A stretch of 17,283 bases of DNA from an uncultured Deinococcaceae bacterium (lineage in GTDB: Bacteria; Deinococcota; Deinococci; Deinococcales; Deinococcaceae). The DNA is taken from the NCBI GenBank assembly GCA_964252075.1, contig CAXULY010000072.1, positions 1 through 17,283 on the forward strand, given 5' to 3'. Shown piece by piece: positions 15,550 through 17,283 of the stretch (position 1 is the first letter of the stretch; each line of letters opens with the position of its first letter). Made by a program: the position numbers and the translations under genes. The notes beneath the pieces are model-generated. The model saw only the letters and a list, made by a program, of their open reading frames with translations. It was not told the DNA's origin and searched no databases.

Positions 15550-16368
15550 ATGCTGACCGTCCCCTCTGCCCGTTTCACCTCCCGCCTGGCCCGCCTCTGG
15601 CGCGCCCACCTGCTGCTCGCCGCCGTGACGGTCGGCGTGTCCTGCGGCCACGTGCAGGCGGCGGACCGCCAGGCCACGCCGTGGACCATCGGCAACGGCA
15701 CCATGCAGTTCCTCGGGTGTTCCACCACCCCCGAAGGCGTGCAGTGCGACCTTGACTACACGCTGGAGGAGGCGCCGTCGGGCCTGCTGAGCCTGTTCGC
15801 GGACGACCTGACGTACACCACCGCCGACGGCACGGTGGGCGAAGCCAGGAGCGTGTCCGTGGCGCACGGCGACTTCGCCACGAGCAGCAAGTCGGATGCC
15901 GTGAAGGGCACACCGATCCGGGCGACCTTCCGTCTGCCCCTGCCGACCACGACCACCTCGCTGCGCGCCCTGGAGATCGTCGGGCACCCCCTCGGCCCCA
16001 TCACCATCTCCGCGCCCATCGCGTCCGCGCCGCCCACGCCGAACGTCGGGGACCGCATCTCCGGCACCGTGCGGGCCCCGTCGGACCTGTACGGCGCGGT
16101 GGTCTTCGCCTGTGTGCGCCAGGGCGACGGCTGCGACAACCGCAGCATTCACGCCATCCAGGTGTCGGACCGCGGCACCACCGTGCCGTTCAGCATCACG
16201 GGGCTGGACGCCACCCAGCAGTACACGGTCTTCGCGTGGCTCGACACCGACGGAGACGGCGACATCACGACCGGCGACCTGCTCGGCAGTTATGACGCCG
16301 GTTCCCACGGCACGCCCGTCTCCCCACCCCACCAGCACACCGACTTCACCGTCTCGCCCGTGCGGTGA
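15550..16368 (+). CDS. Secreted two-domain beta-sandwich protein with a DxDxDG Ca2+-binding-like loop (272 aa)
   Basis: AGGAG RBS before ATG 15550; signal-like N-terminus ending HVQA; Cys pairs CSTTPEGVQC and CVRQGDGC; Pro-rich linker; ISGTV...YTVFAWLDTDGDGDITTGD. Confidence 0.8.
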   Translation: MLTVPSARFTSRLARLWRAHLLLAAVTVGVSCGHVQAADRQATPWTIGNGTMQFLGCSTTPEGVQCDLDYTLEEAPSGLLSLFADDLTYTTADGTVGEARSVSVAHGDFATSSKSDAVKGTPIRATFRLPLPTTTTSLRALEIVGHPLGPITISAPIASAPPTPNVGDRISGTVRAPSDLYGAVVFACVRQGDGCDNRSIHAIQVSDRGTTVPFSITGLDATQQYTVFAWLDTDGDGDITTGDLLGSYDAGSHGTPVSPPHQHTDFTVSPVR

Positions 16369-16421
16369 GGCGAAGGTCCGGACGCTCACCTCACCGCCTC
16401 ACTCACCCACCAGGAGTCCCC

Positions 16422-16922
16422 ATGAACAGAACCACTGCCCTTGCCCTCCTCGCCTTCCTCGGCATGGCCGCCGCCCACACGCACCTCAGCCCGGACCACC
16501 GGTATGCCATCACGGCGCCCGACGCGTGGAGCGTGCGGCCGAACATCCCGGGCGCCGATGTGATCCTCAACGTGCCCGGCTCGGCCGGCGCGATCAACCT
16601 GATCACCACCGTCGGCCAGCCGCTGCCCGAGGGCATGGACCTCACCGGGTACGCCATGGCGACCCTCGATTCACTGCCCGGCATGATGAACACCGTCAAG
16701 GTCACGGGCGACCGGAGCCTGACCGTGGCCGGGCTGCCGGCCCGCGAGCTGCTGTTCACGGGCCGGAACAGGAATGGCAACCGGCCGGTGTACGGGCAGG
16801 TCGTGCTGGTGGTCCAAGCGGGACGCGGGTACACCCTGAGTTACCTTGGGGAAGCGCCGCGCACGGCAGCCGCGCGCGCCGACATCCGCCGCGTGCTCAC
16901 CAGCCTGACCATCAAGCCATAA
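16422..16922 (+). CDS. Secreted protein, probable PsbP/DcrB/Mog1-like fold (166 aa)
   Basis: CAGGAG RBS; signal peptide MNRTTALALLAFLGMAAA; YAITAPDAW, TVAGLPARELLFTG, GYTLSY, IRRVLTSLTI pattern typical of PsbP-like proteins. Confidence 0.8.
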   Translation: MNRTTALALLAFLGMAAAHTHLSPDHRYAITAPDAWSVRPNIPGADVILNVPGSAGAINLITTVGQPLPEGMDLTGYAMATLDSLPGMMNTVKVTGDRSLTVAGLPARELLFTGRNRNGNRPVYGQVVLVVQAGRGYTLSYLGEAPRTAAARADIRRVLTSLTIKP

Positions 16923-16931
16923 AGGTCAGGA

Positions 16932-16960
16932 TGGGCGTGGGTACGCGCCGCCCACGCCCA
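16932..16960. terminator. Hairpin between convergent genes
   Basis: TGGGCGTGGG-TACGCGCCG-CCCACGCCCA, a 10-bp stem 9 nt after the stop at 16922. Confidence 0.55.
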
Positions 16961-17153
16961 CCCGTGGACCTCTCGACACGCGTGCCCCAGGAAAAACCCC
17001 AAAATGTGCAGACGGGATGCGGCTCTACGGACAGTGGGCGCGTGGAAGGCCACCTACCGGTCCGGACGGACCTCCGCACGCCCAACCGGTGCGGCCAAGT
17101 GCCCTGCCGTAGCACACCGGCGCGCTTGCCGCGAGCCCTGCGATCGTCTGCGC

Positions 17154-17283
17154 TCACTTGGTGCAGGTGAGGTTGACGCGGAAGCTGGGGTCCTTGACGG
17201 TGTACCCGACCTTCAGGTCCTTGTCCAACTCGTCCGGCTTGACCTCGAACAGGAACTTCTGCGGCATGCCCGTCTTCAGCTGA
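17154..17283 (-). CDS. 3' end of a hypothetical protein entering from the right edge (...QLKTGMPQKFLFEVKPDELDKDLKVGYTVKDPSFRVNLTCTK*)
   Basis: Open minus-strand frame to TGA at 17154-17156 with G/C at essentially every third codon position. Confidence 0.75.
   Translation of the reverse strand, partial: QLKTGMPQKFLFEVKPDELDKDLKVGYTVKDPSFRVNLTCTK

Noticed and set aside
1..17283. IS elements, integrases, tRNA/rRNA
   Set aside because: No transposase or recombinase motifs, terminal inverted repeats or RNA gene signatures recognised.

Overview
Very GC-rich accessory region, probably from a Deinococcus-like bacterium (inferred from protein families and TANNNT-type leaderless promoters; no database was searched). 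It has two large SARP/BTAD-STAND ATPase transcriptional activators (5781-9227 and 12184-14256). Around them are a single-domain globin, an orphan NarL/LuxR regulator with a degenerate receiver domain, an AAC(3)/YokD-family acetyltransferase, a 74-aa small protein and about eight secreted or lipoprotein genes: a TPR membrane protein, a collagen-like lipoprotein, a beta-helix lipoprotein, an amber-interrupted beta-helix-like lipoprotein and a three-gene secreted operon. The main unannotated signal is a repeated 35-bp promoter architecture, an 11-bp-phased direct repeat at a fixed distance from a TANNNT -10 box. One version occurs three times around the first STAND regulator (2114-2148, 5686-5720, 10918-10952). 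A second version, with the repeat in the opposite orientation, occurs twice and flanks the second regulator (11542-11576, 14592-14626). This suggests two interleaved STAND-SARP regulons controlling a globin and cell-surface proteins. No RNA genes, CRISPR arrays or transposases were seen.
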